Assembly (NCBI RefSeq): GCF_044704955.1
Contig: NC_091999.1
Span: 10,726,001 to 10,790,000, forward strand
Direction of reading: 5' to 3'
Length of the DNA stretch: 64,000 nucleotides
From: Pristiophorus japonicus
Lineage: Eukaryota
Shown one piece after another: positions 38,937-52,397 of this stretch. The translations under genes and the position numbers were made by a program. Under the pieces are notes generated by a model that saw nothing but the letters and a program-made list of their open reading frames with translations, made no database searches and was not told the DNA's origin. Position 1 is the stretch's first letter; each line of letters opens with the position of its first letter.

Positions 38937-39236
38937 GTCGGATCCTTTTGACTTGTGTAAAGTAACTGCCAGCAGAACTACGCTGAGACTAGTTCCTGGA
39001 GAAGGCAACGCTGTTGCGTATCAATCTGAGCCGAATATCCCACTGTTCCCGGCACAAACCGGCCTCTGGAACTCCAGGGGTGAAGCTGTGAGGGAGGCTC
39101 GGGGCTCAGCATTGATGGGGGTTGGGGGACGGGGACTGTGCATGTGTCGGGACATCCGCGAGTGATTCTGAATGAAATAGGCAGAGTGAGAGCACAAATA
39201 GTGAACAATGTCTGCGAGTTCAGCTCAAAGAGGGCC

Positions 39237-39255
39237 CTGTCACCAGATGGCGGTG
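39237..39255 (+). promoter_or_regulatory. CTCF motif upstream of the 38.9 kb V promoter
   Basis: CTGTCACCAGATGGCGGTG. Confidence 0.55.
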
Positions 39256-40575
39256 ACTGACCATTGTTTCCCACGCGGGTCACGTTTCATCAGCACATAC
39301 AGAAAGATTTGATTTTGATATTAATTAATAGGAAATTCCTCCTCACCTTTCACATTTATGGTCACTTATTTTACATCGTCCACTTACAGTTGAACAGTTC
39401 CACACATTACTTGACTGTAAATGAGCTTGTCAACTCAAGTTGATAATTTTGATAAATATATTTCTCATTATTAATTACAATTCAGAATGCGTTGGTCTTG
39501 TGTTATATTATCCAACATCTGATTTCACCCTCAAAATGTAACCCCAAATCAGTGATGAAGTTGATTGTAGCTAAAATAATTACTCTGGAAATCCTTTTGC
39601 GAGCCTGGAAATAACAGTTCTTTTCGAGAAGTCGAGTTACATTGTTCGTAAAGAGTATGGCATTATTGAGGTAATTTCCTTGCACATGTATTGTCTGTGT
39701 TGTACAGCTGAATGCTGCAATTAAACAAACGGCGCTAAAAGATATTAAATCAGTTTGACCTGTCAATGTGAATATCGCTTGTATAGCGACTCTAGATACT
39801 GGCGAATATCCGACCGGTTCTCCGCTGCATTCCTTGCACATGTGGGGCATTTATCCCGCTCTCTTTTAAATTCACCGCCAGCTATTTAAACATCACTTGT
39901 GAAGTATTTATGTTCTTCATTGTCCCTTCTTATGTACAATACTTTGCACTTTTCTAGAAAAAGTTACATCTACCATAATCGTCTTTAGTTTTCCTGTCTC
40001 GCGTGGATGAGTCCATTCATCTGGATCGCTACTCTTAATTTCTCCCCATGTATTGTGCAGCCGCTGAAGCCTGATCAGTGTATCTGTCTGATACATGGAC
40101 CACCCCAGTCACCAACAGAATTGGAGACGCTTTAATCCCTTTTGTCTGGACAGGTTTTGAACGCAGAATACCACAGCATGATAGGATTGCTCCGGACCCA
40201 TTACCAGGACCCACTAAATTGAAGAGAAACCAATCGCTTCTGACGTTTACAAAGTGACACCAGACCAAATATCGGGCGCGTCGGTGAGAAACTCGTCAGG
40301 CATCTGTTTATTCGATACAGAAGAAGCTCGTTATAAGGATCAGACACCTTTGCGAGTCGCTGGCAAATTATAACATCAGTTATAGATCTGACCTAGCATA
40401 CAGACATATTTTCAGACAATCGATATCGCTAGAATTTGCAGAACCAATACCTTGTATTAAAATAGGTCGAATTGGGACATTCAGATTCTTATTTCCATGT
40501 AACTATTCAGACTTAAGAAGACTGGATTGGAATATAAACCTGTTGAACGTGTTGCGTGTTTGTCGTTTTTAGCAG

Positions 40576-40885
40576 GAGACTGTGGTGAGGACGGAACATC
40601 CCAAACCGAGCAGGTGACGGCGGCGGAGGGACAGTCTGTTCAAATGCAGTGCTATGTGACCACCAGCAGCAGCGATATGGCTTTGTGATACCGGCACCGG
40701 AATTTACAGTCTCCGCCTGTCAGACTAATACAACCGATGAGTGGCGACGGTTCGATTTGTTTGTTGACAAAAAGGAGTGGTTATATTATTTTCGGTGTGC
40801 TGAAAACCGCGGCTTCAGACTCCGGGCTGTTTACTGCACGAAGATCCGCACTGAGACAAACGGTGATACATCCTGTACAACAACT
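40576..40885 (+). pseudogene. TCR V pseudogene
   Basis: GDCGEDGTSQTEQVTAAEGQSVQMQCYV..AL*YRH..TAASDSG; damaged RSS CACTGAG(40849)-21-ACAACAACT. Confidence 0.8.
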
Positions 40886-42118
40886 CTCATTCCTCTCAAT
40901 CATCGCGATCAGGATATGTATTCTAATTATCTTGTGTCTCCCTTTGTAAAACAAAGATTCAGAATTGCATTATTGTAATTTAGTGTCATCTGACAAAGAT
41001 ATACACGATTAAAGTAATGGTGAATGACCGGATTTAGTCAGTAACCGTGATTTGACTGGGATACATCAAATATGGTGGCCTCATATTATTAAATAATCAT
41101 TTAGGAAGCTTCAGGGATGGCCAATAAATCCTGGCCCTGCCAGCGACGCAGGCATCCAGCGAAGGAATTCAAAATAAGTTTGTATAACAGTATATGGCGT
41201 TTTCAGTTGTATTATTTAGTGTTACTTCAAATGAAATAAATGTAAATGGAAGTTACTACAATATTTAGATCTGCGGGGGTTTAATATCTCCCTGCAGTAA
41301 ACATCTTCTTCACAGTAAATAAATAGGAAAGCAATCCAAATAATTCTGGGAGAGAATAATTCGTTTGACAAATTCGACAAATACACATTTATCCGAAACC
41401 ACCACCAGCTAGCGCGCCTGTCCATCAGGAATTTTCACGTTGATACAGAACTTAAAGCACAATCAAAAAATTGCCGGTTCTCTTTGTCTAAGACAATGAA
41501 AGCATCGAGACCGGAGATCATATGAACCTTATAGTAACGAGGTAAGTATTCACTTAAAGGAGTAAAGGAGGAGTAAAATGTAAGAATTCAGATTCTGAAA
41601 GTTTGGAACAAGCTGGAAAATCCTATGATTCCAAGATCGCGATGACTATTTCAGATTGAAATGCGACACAGATCAAATCTTTGTGAGCAATTTAATCTGT
41701 TGTTGCACATTGCTGTCAGAGGCATTCCAGGTTCAAGAGTTAGTTGTTTTGAGAGACAGCCAATCCACGCCTGGGACTGGGAATGACGTTAGGTGACAAC
41801 ATTCCATAATAGGCCGATTGGTGAGAATGTCGCCCATCAGTGGCACGCTGTATGGGGCTAATATAAAGCTTTCCCCTCACATCCCCGTCATCATCATTAA
41901 AATTCTGGGATTCGGCAGCACGGTCCAGTGTGGAAATCAGACCGTAATTGATCCGCTTTTGTCCACCTTTATCGTCATGAACAAGAACCTCCGCAAGGAC
42001 CAATTTCCAGTTCGATGGTGCTGTTGATGTTGTATGAGTTTATTTATCCGATCAGACGCCTTGGCTTTAGCAATTTATTATTACCTTGTTTTAATGAGTG
42101 ACATTGTTTTTTTCACAG

Positions 42119-42439
42119 CCGTTCGGTGCGAGGATTAGAGCTCACATACTCAGCATTTAGTGTTTCGGGGAGGACAACGGGCTGAACTGGACTGCCAGCT
42201 CTCCTTTTGTGCTATGGATACAGCAGCTTGGTACAAACAAGTACTGATAGGGCCGCCAACATTTACCTGCTCCATATACCAGGGGAATGAGACCACAGGG
42301 CACTACAAACTGTCCTTTGACTGAGCGAAGAAGTCCAACTCCACCTCGATAGATGGCACTGTGAGCAGAGACGCCGGAGTGTATCACTGTGTGGTGCAGA
42401 CACGGTGAGGGAAAGAGCGGCTCCAGCAGCACAATATCT
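42119..42439 (+). pseudogene. TCR V pseudogene (two stops) with 23-RSS
   Basis: ..GQRAELDCQLS..AAWYKQ..DAGVYHCVVQ; CACGGTG(42401)-23-ACAATATCT. Confidence 0.85.
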
Positions 42440-42644
42440 TGTTTGTTGTCGTCTTTCTGCTGCAACATAAAGCTTTCCCCGAATCAAGTCCTTTCGAGAT
42501 GCCAGTGTTGTACAGAAATCGCACTTTCACATGTTTAAACATCCACCTGGTAAAATTATTAAATTTTTTAGCTGTAACTGTCAACATATTGCATCGAACC
42601 GTATTAACTAAGGTTTTCTATGTTTGGTTGTACAATACAGAGTG

Positions 42645-42705
42645 AATAGATCGATAGACCGATAGATAGGCAGATAGATAGATGGATAGGCAGATAGATA
42701 GATTA
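42645..42705. repeat. (GATA)n microsatellite
   Basis: Visible tandem repeat. Confidence 0.85.
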
Positions 42706-42789
42706 GTCCAGGATTCCCATATCCACCCATTTTATTACATTCTCCTTGGATGTATCTTCAGTTTAATTCTTATTCCTGCTTTGGCAGCA

Positions 42790-43110
42790 GCTCCTTGTCA
42801 CTTGTGGGAGTTGAAATATCGATGTATTGGGAAACCGAAAGACAAACCATATTGATTCATTACAAAATTACATTCACTACAAATGACATTGCATTGTGGT
42901 ACTGACAGTTCACCAATCAATCTCCCTAGTATCCCAGCTCCACATTCAGAAAGGAAGTAGTTCAGCTCAAGTTTAAAGTGCCTATGGACCGTGAGAAATT
43001 CTGCACCACTCTCACCATGAACGCGGCGGGGCTATCAAATGCCATGGTGTATTGCACTGCAGTGAGACAAGGTAAAACAAAGAGGTGAGGAGCCTGTATC
43101 AGAACTCACT
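42790..43110 (+). pseudogene. Highly decayed V relic
   Basis: IALWY*QFTNQSP and AMVYCTAVR, followed by degenerate CAAGGTA-23-ATCAGAACT. Confidence 0.55.
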
Positions 43111-43309
43111 CATCACGGGGACTGCGGAGACCACAGGTGGCAGGATCCAGTGCGATACAAGTACAATCAGCAAGGGGGTACTTCAGATAAGTAAAGGACT
43201 TCATCAGTGCTATTAGTTTTAACAGAATAAAAATGAGAATCATTGTTTAGTTGAAAATGCAAGTTTTCTTTTCACAATTTCACAAAATTACCCCCTGATC
43301 CAGGCAGAA

Positions 43310-43845
43310 GCTTAACTTACCCCGTGCTGTGCTTGCCCTGGGAGTCTTTATTTCGATAGTACAGAGGGTGGTGGGCGGGGGACGGGGGGGAATGGTGGGG
43401 AGTGGTTACTGTGTATCTAACCCGTGCTGTACATGCCCTGGGAGTGTTTGATGGGACAGTGTAGAGGCAGGTTTACTCTATATCTAACACGGGCTGTACC
43501 TGCCCGGGGAGTGTTTGAAGGGACAGTGTTGAGGGAGATTTATCTGAATCAAAAGCCTGCTGTACCTGCCCTGCGAGTATTTGATGACAGAGTGCAGAGG
43601 GAACTTTACTGTGCATCTAACTCGTGCTTTACCTGTCCCGGGAGTTTTTGATCGGACAGTGTAGAGAGAGCTCCATTCTGTATGTAACTTGTGCTTCACC
43701 TGCCCTGGGAGTGTTTGAGTGGCCAATGAAGTGGGAGCTTTACTCTGTATCTAATCTGTGCTGTACCTGTCCTGGGAGTGTTTGATGGGACAGTGTAAAT
43801 TGAGCGTTACTATCTATCTAACCCATGTTGTTCCTGTGTGGGATT
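43310..43845. repeat. ~67-bp minisatellite (CTGTACCTGCCCTGGGAGTGTTTGATGGGACAGTGTAGAGGGAGCTTTACTCTGTATCTAACCCGTG)
   Basis: About 7 tandem units; resembles a repeat common in shark genomes. Confidence 0.85.
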
Positions 43846-44144
43846 GTTTTATATAAAATGTTGATGAACTTGATGAGGAATTTATGTTGATTTTGTTTTG
43901 ATTCAACTTTCAAATTAATCGTCAAGACCGAAACATTAATCACCTTTGATTCATGCAGTTACTGTGCTTGGTCTCCGTATTGGATGATTAGGAATGTCGA
44001 ATCACTTCCATTTTTACGAAATTAACATTTCATAGTCATCAATAGTGATATTATTGACGTGAAGTCTATCTAGTTTATGCAAATGAACGCGTATTTGTGT
44101 TGGTGACCTGAGCACAGTAAATCACTAAAACATGACATTTCAGA

Positions 44145-44485
44145 ATAATTGTAAATAGCGAGGTCGCAAAAGCAGGACAATAAAATGGCAGAAGTTACAG
44201 TCATAATCTTAACAAAATAATAACAGGAATAACCTGGCATAATAATAATCCAGAATAATCATGCAGCAGTGTTCTTTATAAATTGAGAATTAATGTATCA
44301 CAGAGCGGATTCCCTCTGCCTCCTGTCACCACTGGATGGTGCTCCAAAATCTCATATGTGCCCAACACTTACAGATCCAAGTTTCACGGTTTCAGGGGTG
44401 AAAGCTGGGGATTTCCGGAGACACTTCTGTGCCTTATCACCGCACATAGGTTTGTATTTTGGGCAAGAGTCTGTACACAAAAAAT
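44145..44485 (+). pseudogene. Highly decayed V relic
   Basis: FR3-like SFTVSGVKAGDFRRHFCALSP followed by CACATAG(44443) and an A-rich nonamer-like tract. Confidence 0.5.
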
Positions 44486-44614
44486 AGGTGTTAGACAGCT
44501 GGACAAGAGAATGAAAGTGAACCCGCAATGTTTCTCTATTTCATGGTCCAATGTCACTGCGAGGTCCGATGGGGGAGGGTAGCAATTCTTCAATCCAACA
44601 GACAGTTGTGTCGA

Positions 44615-44945
44615 TCTTACACTAGGCCCTGTATCAGCTTTTACTGCACAAGACATGTATCTATTTATATTACACAAATCCCTGTCTCAGTTGTTCCTCT
44701 GCTAGACCATGTTTCTATTTATATTACATTAGATCCTGTCGCTGTTTATATGACACGAGGCCATGTCTCTGTTTATATTCCACTGACAGTGTCTCAGTTA
44801 TTACTGTACACGACTACGTCTCTCTTTATATTACATTGGATCCTGTCGCTGTTTATATTACGCCAGACCCTATATCTGTTCACATCACATTGGACCAAGT
44901 CTCTATTTATATTACACGAGGCCCTATCTCTGTTGATATTGAAAT
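44615..44945. repeat. Inverted partial copy of the 27-bp minisatellite
   Basis: TGTCTCTGTTTATATTACAC.. units. Confidence 0.8.
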
Positions 44946-45699
44946 AGGTCCTACACCTCACCAACTTTTCCAGCGACAACTGTATATTTTTCGCTTTTAG
45001 CGATTAAGATACTGAAATTATGTTCGTGTAAATTGACATGTAAATTTCAATAGAGCCATTTTATGTAAATGAACGGAAGCCATTCACAACGTGTTATGTC
45101 ACACAAACATGGCGGACTGTACGTCACAAAATGTTGCCCGCTGGTGTGCCCAGCATTGGATGACGCCACAATCCTTTTCCACGTTACAGCACCATGATTG
45201 GCTGTTTCTCCCATTGATTCAGGGTAAGGGGTCACGGGCCGTTTGTTGCAGAGCATAGAGTCCCATTTAGTCAGGTCTGTGACCCCTGACGAAGGTCTGT
45301 GACCACGGGATATCAGCTCTTCAAAGTGCCTAGCGCCGCCCGAGTTGTTTCTGTTAGATTTGATACTTGATGGGAATTTGAATAAAATAGGAATGGGAAG
45401 AAAATTAAATTTAATTCTTTAAGTATTCCATCATTCAGTATGTTGCTTAACAGCAAATATTCATATTGGCTAATAATCGACATGTGAAGTAGGATCATTT
45501 ATCTAAAGTCGAACATGTTATTGTAAATGTAATTTTGAAAATGGAGACAATATTGATTTTATTTATTTCTTGATCCCAGCATGATAAACAGTAAGAATAT
45601 AGCAGCAGGTAATTCATCCGCTCAAGCCTTTCCATCATTCTAAAAATCTACTGCCAATTTCTGGCAGCAAACAGAAATAAATTCCATTGCCTCTTACAG

Positions 45700-48520
45700 C
45701 AAACTAATGGGACGAAATGTGGATAAGTCCCCTTTATCCCGATGGCCTGCATCCTATGGTCTTGAAGAGGTTGGCTGCAGAGATAGTGGATCCAATGCTT
45801 GTAATCTACCAAGATTCCCCGGATTCTGGCGAGGCCCCAGTAGACTGGAAAACCGCAAATCTGATGCACCTATTTAAGAAAGGAGAGAGACAGAAAGCAG
45901 GAAACTATATCCCAGTTAGCCTAATATCTGTCATTGGAAAAATGCTGCAGTCCATCATTGAGGACGTAGTAGCAGGTCTTTTAGAAAATCAGAATGCAGA
46001 AAAGCAGCGGCAGCATGGTTACATGAAAGGGAAATCATGTTTGACGAATTTGCTCCAGTTCTTTCAGGAACTAACGAGCAGGGTGGATATAGAGGAACCA
46101 GCAGATGTCGTGTATTTGGATTTCCAGAAAGCATTCAATAAGATGCCACATAAAAGATTATTGCACAAGGTAAGAGCTCACGGGGTTCGGAGTAATATAT
46201 TAGCGTTCATAGTGGATTGGACGACTAACAGAAAAGCAGACAGTCGAGATAAATGGGTCATTTTCAATTTGACAAAGAGTAACTAGTGATTTGCCAAAGC
46301 GATCAGTGCTGGGACCTCAACTATTTACAATTTGTATTAATTACTTGGATGAAAGGACCGAGTGTCATATAACCAAATTTACTAATGACACAAAAATAAG
46401 TTTGAAAACAAGTTGTGTATCGGAAGCAAATAATCAACAAAGGAACATAGATGGGGTAATTTATTAGGCAACAATTTGAAAAATTGAGTATATTGTGGAA
46501 AAATGTGAGGTTATCCACTTTGGTAGGAAAAATGAACAGCTAATTATTATTTTAAATTTGGAGAGAATAAAAAATGCAATGGTACAGAGGGATCTGTGGA
46601 TCTTTGTACAGGAAACTCAAAAACGCTAGCATGCAGGTACAAGTAATTAGTAAGGCAAATGCAATGTTGGCCTTTATTGTAATGGGGATAGAATATAAAA
46701 GCAGAGAAGTCCTGCTACTACTGTACAGATTATTGGTGAGACAACACCTAGTGCATTGCGTAAAGTTTGTTCTCCTTATTTAATGAAAGATACATTTGCA
46801 TTGGAGGCAGTTCAGAGATGTTTCACGAGATTGATTCCTGAGATGAAGGGGTTTTCTTCTGAAGAAAGTTGAGTAGGTTGGTCATGTACTTATTGGAGTT
46901 CCGAAGATAGAGGTGTTCTATTGAAACGTATACGATTCTGAGGGGACTTAACACAGTACATGCAGAGTGGATAGTTACCCCAGTGCGGGTATCTAGAATT
47001 CGGGGGCATAGGTTCAGATAAGGGGTCGCCCCTTTAAACATAGAAACATAGAAAATAGGTGCAGGAGTAGGCCATTCGGCCCTTCGAGCCTGCACCACCA
47101 TTCAATATGATCATGGCTGATTCTGAAACCTCCGTACCCCATTCCTGCTTTCCATCCATATCCTTGATCCCTTTAGCATTAAGGGCCACATGTAAGTCCC
47201 TTTGAATATATCCAACGTACTGGCCTCAACAACTTCCTGTGGTAAAGAATTCCACAGGTTCACAATTCTCTGAGTGAAACAGTTTCTCCTCATCTCGGTC
47301 CTAATTGGCTTACCACTTATCCTTAGACTGTGACCCCTGGTTCTGGACTTCCCCAACATCGGAACATTCTTCCTGCATCTAACCTGTCCAATCCCGTCAG
47401 AATTTTAAATGTTCTTCTCAATTCAAGTGAATAAAAGCCTCTTCGATGCAGTCTTTCTTCATATATCACTCCTGCCATTCCGGGCATCAGTCTGGTGATC
47501 CTTCGCTGCACTCCCTTAATAGCAAGAATATCCTTGCTCAGATTAGGAGAACAAAACTGTACACAATATTCAAGGCTTGGCATCAGCAAGGACCTGTACA
47601 ACTGCAGTAAAACCTCCCTGCTCCTATACTCAAATACTCTCGCTATGAAAGCCAATATGCCATGTGACTTCTTCACCGCCTGCTGTACCTGCATGCCAAC
47701 TTTCAATGACGGATGTACCATGACACCCAGGTCTCGTTGCACCTCTCTTTTTCATAATCTGTCAAAATTCGGAAAATATTCTGGCTTCCTGTTTTTGCCA
47801 CCAAAGTGGATAATCTCACATTTATCTCCATTATACAGCATCTGCCATGCATTTGCCGACTCAACTAACCTGTCCAATCAACTTGCAGCCTCTTAGCATC
47901 CTCCTCACAACTCACACGACCACCCAGCGGAATGTCACCTGCAAACTTGGAGATATTACATCCGCATCCTTCCTTTAAATAAATAATGTAAATTGTGAAT
48001 AGCTGAGGACCCAGCACTCAAACCTGTGCTACCCCATTAGCCATTCTGAAAAAGACCCGTTTATTCCTACCCTTTGTTTCTTGTCTGCCAACCAGTTCTC
48101 TATCCACATCAATACATTAGACCCAGTACCATGTGCTTTAATTTTGCACACTAATCTCTTGTTTGGAACCTTGTCAAAAGCCTTTTGAAATTCCAAATAC
48201 ACCACATGCCCGGATTCTCCCTTGTCCACTCTACTAGTTAAATACAAAGTAAGGAGGAATTTCTTCTCTCAAGAGGTCGCGAATCTTTTGGATTCTCTAC
48301 CTCAGAGAGTTGTGAAGTGTCGTTCATTGGATTTATTTAAGGTGGAGATATACCGATTTTTGAACGATTAGGGAGTCAATGGTTATGGGGATCGGCCGTG
48401 GAAGAGGGGTTGAGGCCAGAATCAGATCTGCCATGATATTTTTGAATGTCGGAGCAGGCTCGAGAAGCCAAATGGCCGACTCCTGCTCCTATTTCTTATT
48501 TTCTGATGTTGTTATGTTTT
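45700..48520. mobile_element. CR1 LINE fragments; inverted paralog of ~330-2570
   Basis: ORF 45717..46286 RT; same nested junction at ~47040 as at ~1237. Confidence 0.88.
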
Positions 48521-49099
48521 CCTTACTTAATAAGTCTCGTGAGGTCGCTGAGGATCCCAGGATTTATTGGCCATTCCGCAGATTCCCCTTGATAAGCTGA
48601 TGGTGGTCCTATTTCTTGGACTGCTGTATTTCTGCTCTTTACACCGTTTGATACAATTGACTGGCTTACTCGGCCACTTCACCGAACAGTCAAGAGATAA
48701 TTATGTTGTGTGTGGCACCGGAGTCCCATAAGGGACAGAGGCGGATAAAGCGGCAGTTTTCCTGCCCATTTAAGAACACTGGTGATGTAGTTGGGGTTTT
48801 ACCACAATCCGAGTTTCCGGATCATTTTTACCAACAACTGCTTCTTATTTATTTGTAAAACATTTGAATTCAAATTTCTAAACTAGCATAGTAGAAGTTG
48901 AACAAGCACACTCTAGATTATTAGCTCACACCTCGGGATTATTTGTTGAGTAAGAGAAGCAGCACACTACTACACGCCTTAAAACTTCATTTTCTTTGCA
49001 TCAACCAATCGATATGACAGTGTCAAGAGTAATATAAACAGAGAGTTGGTTTAGTGCAGCCATAACTCAGACAGGCACAAATGTAATGTAATACGAGAT

Positions 49100-49445
49100 A
49101 TTTAGAAAGAGACAGATGGAAAGAAATAGATAGAGAAACAGATTGAAATGAAGAGAATGGAAGAGAGTAAGAGATAATGAGAGAGTGAAACAATGCGAGA
49201 TTGAGACAGAGAGAGATACAGAGCGAAGAACAGAGAGAGTGAGAGCGAGAGAGATACAGAAAAAGGGACATTGTGAGAGACAGAGAGACAGGTAGACAGC
49301 GAGATAGGCAGACAGAGACACGAAGAAAATGAGATACATACAGTGAGAATCAGATGGAGACGAGAGACACAGAGATAGTGAAAAAATAGAGAGTTACATA
49401 GAGTGACAGAGAAAGGACCACAGCGAGAGAAACAGATAGATGAGC
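49100..49445. repeat. (GA)n-rich low-complexity tract
   Basis: Purine-rich GA/GACA repeats. Confidence 0.8.
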
Positions 49446-49750
49446 TGAAGCAAAGGTTTTACATCGTTAAACTAAAAAAAGGAAGAAGAGATATCAAATA
49501 ATTATGAATAAAGACTGGATACAAAGGGTGAGATGGGACAGGCATGCAAAGAAAGGGCATTGAAAGAAAATGTGCCACAGATGCCGTTGCGCTGTGTATT
49601 TCTATTTCAAATATGCTTTAAATTCACCAGCTAATTACACCAGTGACCGTCACCGCTTCTTGTTAAGAATTGTGTTTTATTTGACTTTTAAGAAAGTCCC
49701 TGTGAGTCTCACTGTGGTGGCTGAATTATTGCTTCTGTTTATCAGCGTGA

Positions 49751-49769
49751 GAGCGCCCTCTGGTGAGCA
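49751..49769 (-). promoter_or_regulatory. RSS-associated CTCF-binding element
   Basis: Reverse complement TGCTCACCAGAGGGCGCTC, 21 bp beyond the nonamer. Confidence 0.75.
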
Positions 49770-49790
49770 CTGACTGGAATTCTCAGTGTG

Positions 49791-50276
49791 GGTTTTTGAC
49801 GGGCTCTGCCATATATCTGCACCAGTGTGGGGCTCATGGCACAGAAATACACGGCGGTGTCTGAGATCAAGGCCTTGCTGATCGTTAGCTCGGTAATCTT
49901 AGTCGTTTTATGAAACACAGAAGAGAATCGGTCAGTGAAGTCGGGGTTTCGATTTACTGTCGTTCCAAAAAGGTAAAACACGTACTGAGGGTTCTGCCCG
50001 TGGTGCTGACTGTACCAGAACACAGAAGGGTTAGCATAGCTGGTTTTCAAGGTGCAGTTTATTGTCACATTCCTTTCCTCTTCAACCATCATTTCGAGAA
50101 CCGACTGTTCCACTGTGTCTTGTTGGCTCCATTCTAAAGAAAAATTATAGTAATTGTCATCATCACATTATCATATTACCAATAATAACATCAGGGGCAG
50201 AATTATTATTTATTCAAAGGAAATACTGACTGAGAAGTGATATAATGATGAAGAGCGGTGCGAGACGGTTCCACAT
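49791..50276 (-). CDS. TCR alpha/delta V segment, apparently functional (leader 50276-50231, exon 50133-49830, RSS 49829-49791)
   Basis: MWNRLAPLFIIISLL|gtcagt; KWSQQDTVEQSVLEMMVEEERNVTINCTLK..VFWYSQ..DTAVYFCAMSP; CACACTG-23-TCAAAAACC. Confidence 0.9.
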
Positions 50277-50784
50277 GATGCTCCCTGAGTCACGAACTCT
50301 GCAGCCCTGGAAAATCTCTGTCGGAGCAGCAACACAGATCCCTGCTCCACTGCACTGCTGGTCCAACCAATGTGAAGCAGGGAACAGCGACAGCGATCTC
50401 TCCAATTACACAGGTGAGGCAAGGCGTGGCAGAGCGACAGCAGCAAATGGAAGCTGTGGGCGTGGCTGTCACGTGCAGTGTTTTCAGAGGTAGGATCCAT
50501 CTGTGAGACACGAATTGCAAAATGATTACATTATTCGACTGTTACCGAAATCTTCAACAGTGAAGTCGGTTAAAACTAGGTGCTGAATTCAGCGATGGGA
50601 AAGAGAACAAAACTGTAAGGAAAAGTATAACATTAATGAGCTGAAATGTGCAATCAAAAGGAATTTTATCCTAATTTATATTGAATAATATAATTGCGGA
50701 TTGACCACTGTCCTTTGACTGAACTGGCCATTTTCGGAACCGATTTGACTGTTACCCAATCTATTCACACTTTGCTCAGAGAGG

Positions 50785-51100
50785 AGAAGTTGTACGAGAG
50801 CGGGACTTTTCCCCATACTCTGGCACTCAGCACAGCAATAGGTTCCGGTATCCACAAACTCTGCATGGCCGAAGCCCAGTGTGCTCAGACTTTGATCCCC
50901 GTTGGTACGGATCTTAAACCGGATTTGATCGCGTTCTGATTTGAATCCACAATGGATGTATCTCGGGGCCGTGCTCACTAGCCGGCTGTACCAATAGATG
51001 TTGTCGGTCTTGCTCATCCCACGCTGGATTCTGACAGGATTTCCTTCCACTGCCAAGTCTCAGGCAGGTAGAGAATTCTTAGCCAAACTCGGTGCAACTT
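50785..51100 (-). pseudogene. TCR V pseudogene (Cys23>Arg, stop in FR1, degenerate RSS)
   Basis: AVEGNPVRIQRGMSKTDNIYWYSR..DTGTYCCAE; CAGAGTA-22-ACAACTTCT. Confidence 0.75.
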
Positions 51101-51833
51101 TCGACAAAATGTAATAATTTCCTGGAATGTACAGCATAGAAACAGCTCATAGAATCAGAGAACAATTGGGAGGAAATAGAGAAGAGAAAGAGTTAAAGAA
51201 ATTTCGAAATGAACAGGGTTCGAAACATAGGTGGAGGAAAAGAAAGTGAAACTACGAAAGAAAGAATGAGAAAGACAAAGAGACAAAGCCCTGCAATAAT
51301 GAGAGTGCAGAGGACAGCAAATGAGAAAAGGGTGAAAGCGAAGTGAAAGAACGTGATAAGTAATGAGAGAAGGACAACACTAACACGTAAAACATCTTCT
51401 TTGCTTTACATTCCCTCACATTTCAGTTCCGCCTATTTAGACAGTTGAATTGTCTGAAACAATAGTCTCAACTAATAAGCCGCTGGAAACCACCCAATCG
51501 ATGAACTCACACTTTACTCTGACCGTTATCCAGACTGTGTGAAATCCTCAGATTCACCGTCAGAGGGCGCCGGGGACACATGTTTCACTCCATTATCTCC
51601 CGGAAATTCTAGAGACAAATCTTGCTGCAACACTGCCCAAGGCAGCCCCGCCCACAGCTTCCATTTTCCGCTCTCGCTCAGACCCACGTTGCCAGCCTTG
51701 TGTTATTGGAGAGATTGCTACCGCTGCTCCCTGTTTGCATTGGTGGGATCAGCTTTGCACTGGCGCGGCGATCTGTAATTCTACTCCCACAGAGGATTTC
51801 CCGGACTGCAGAGTTACAGACTGAGGGAGCATC

Positions 51834-52376
51834 ATGCGGAACCGCCTCACAGCACTCCTCATCGTTATATCACTTCTCAGTAAGTCTTTCCTTGTCATTA
51901 AAAATCCATTTTCATCTGGACTGCTGTAACTCAGCTGTTATTATTGGTAAAATGATGTTGATGATTATGTTGATTGGGATTATGGTGATGCTGATGATGA
52001 AGATGGTGATGATTACAATTATTTTATGTTAGAATGGAGCCACGAAGACACAATGGAACAGCTGGTCCCGGAAATGACAATTGAAGAGGAAAGTAATGTC
52101 ACACTAACCTGCAATTTGAAAACAGGCGATACTGCCCCTTATGTGTACTGGTACAGTCAGCACCCCGGGAAGCAGCCATAGTACGTGCTTCACCTTATCG
52201 GAGGGGATGTACACAGGAACACTGACATCACTGATGGATTCTTCTCGACATTTACTAAAATTACCAAGATTACTGTGCTCACGATTGGCAAAGCCCTGAT
52301 CTCCGACACCGCCGTGTATTTCTGTGCGATTGAACCCACACAGCTGCAGAGTTATTGTGGATCCCTAACATAAACT
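51834..52376 (+). pseudogene. TCR V with a single TAG (52179-52181); family of 50276
   Basis: Leader MRNRLTALLIVISLL|gtaagt; exon from 52033 ..LTCNLK..VYWYSQHPGKQP*YV..DTAVYFCAIEP; CACACAG-24-ACATAAACT. Confidence 0.9.
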
Positions 52377-52397
52377 CACGCTGAGAGTTCCAGTTGC

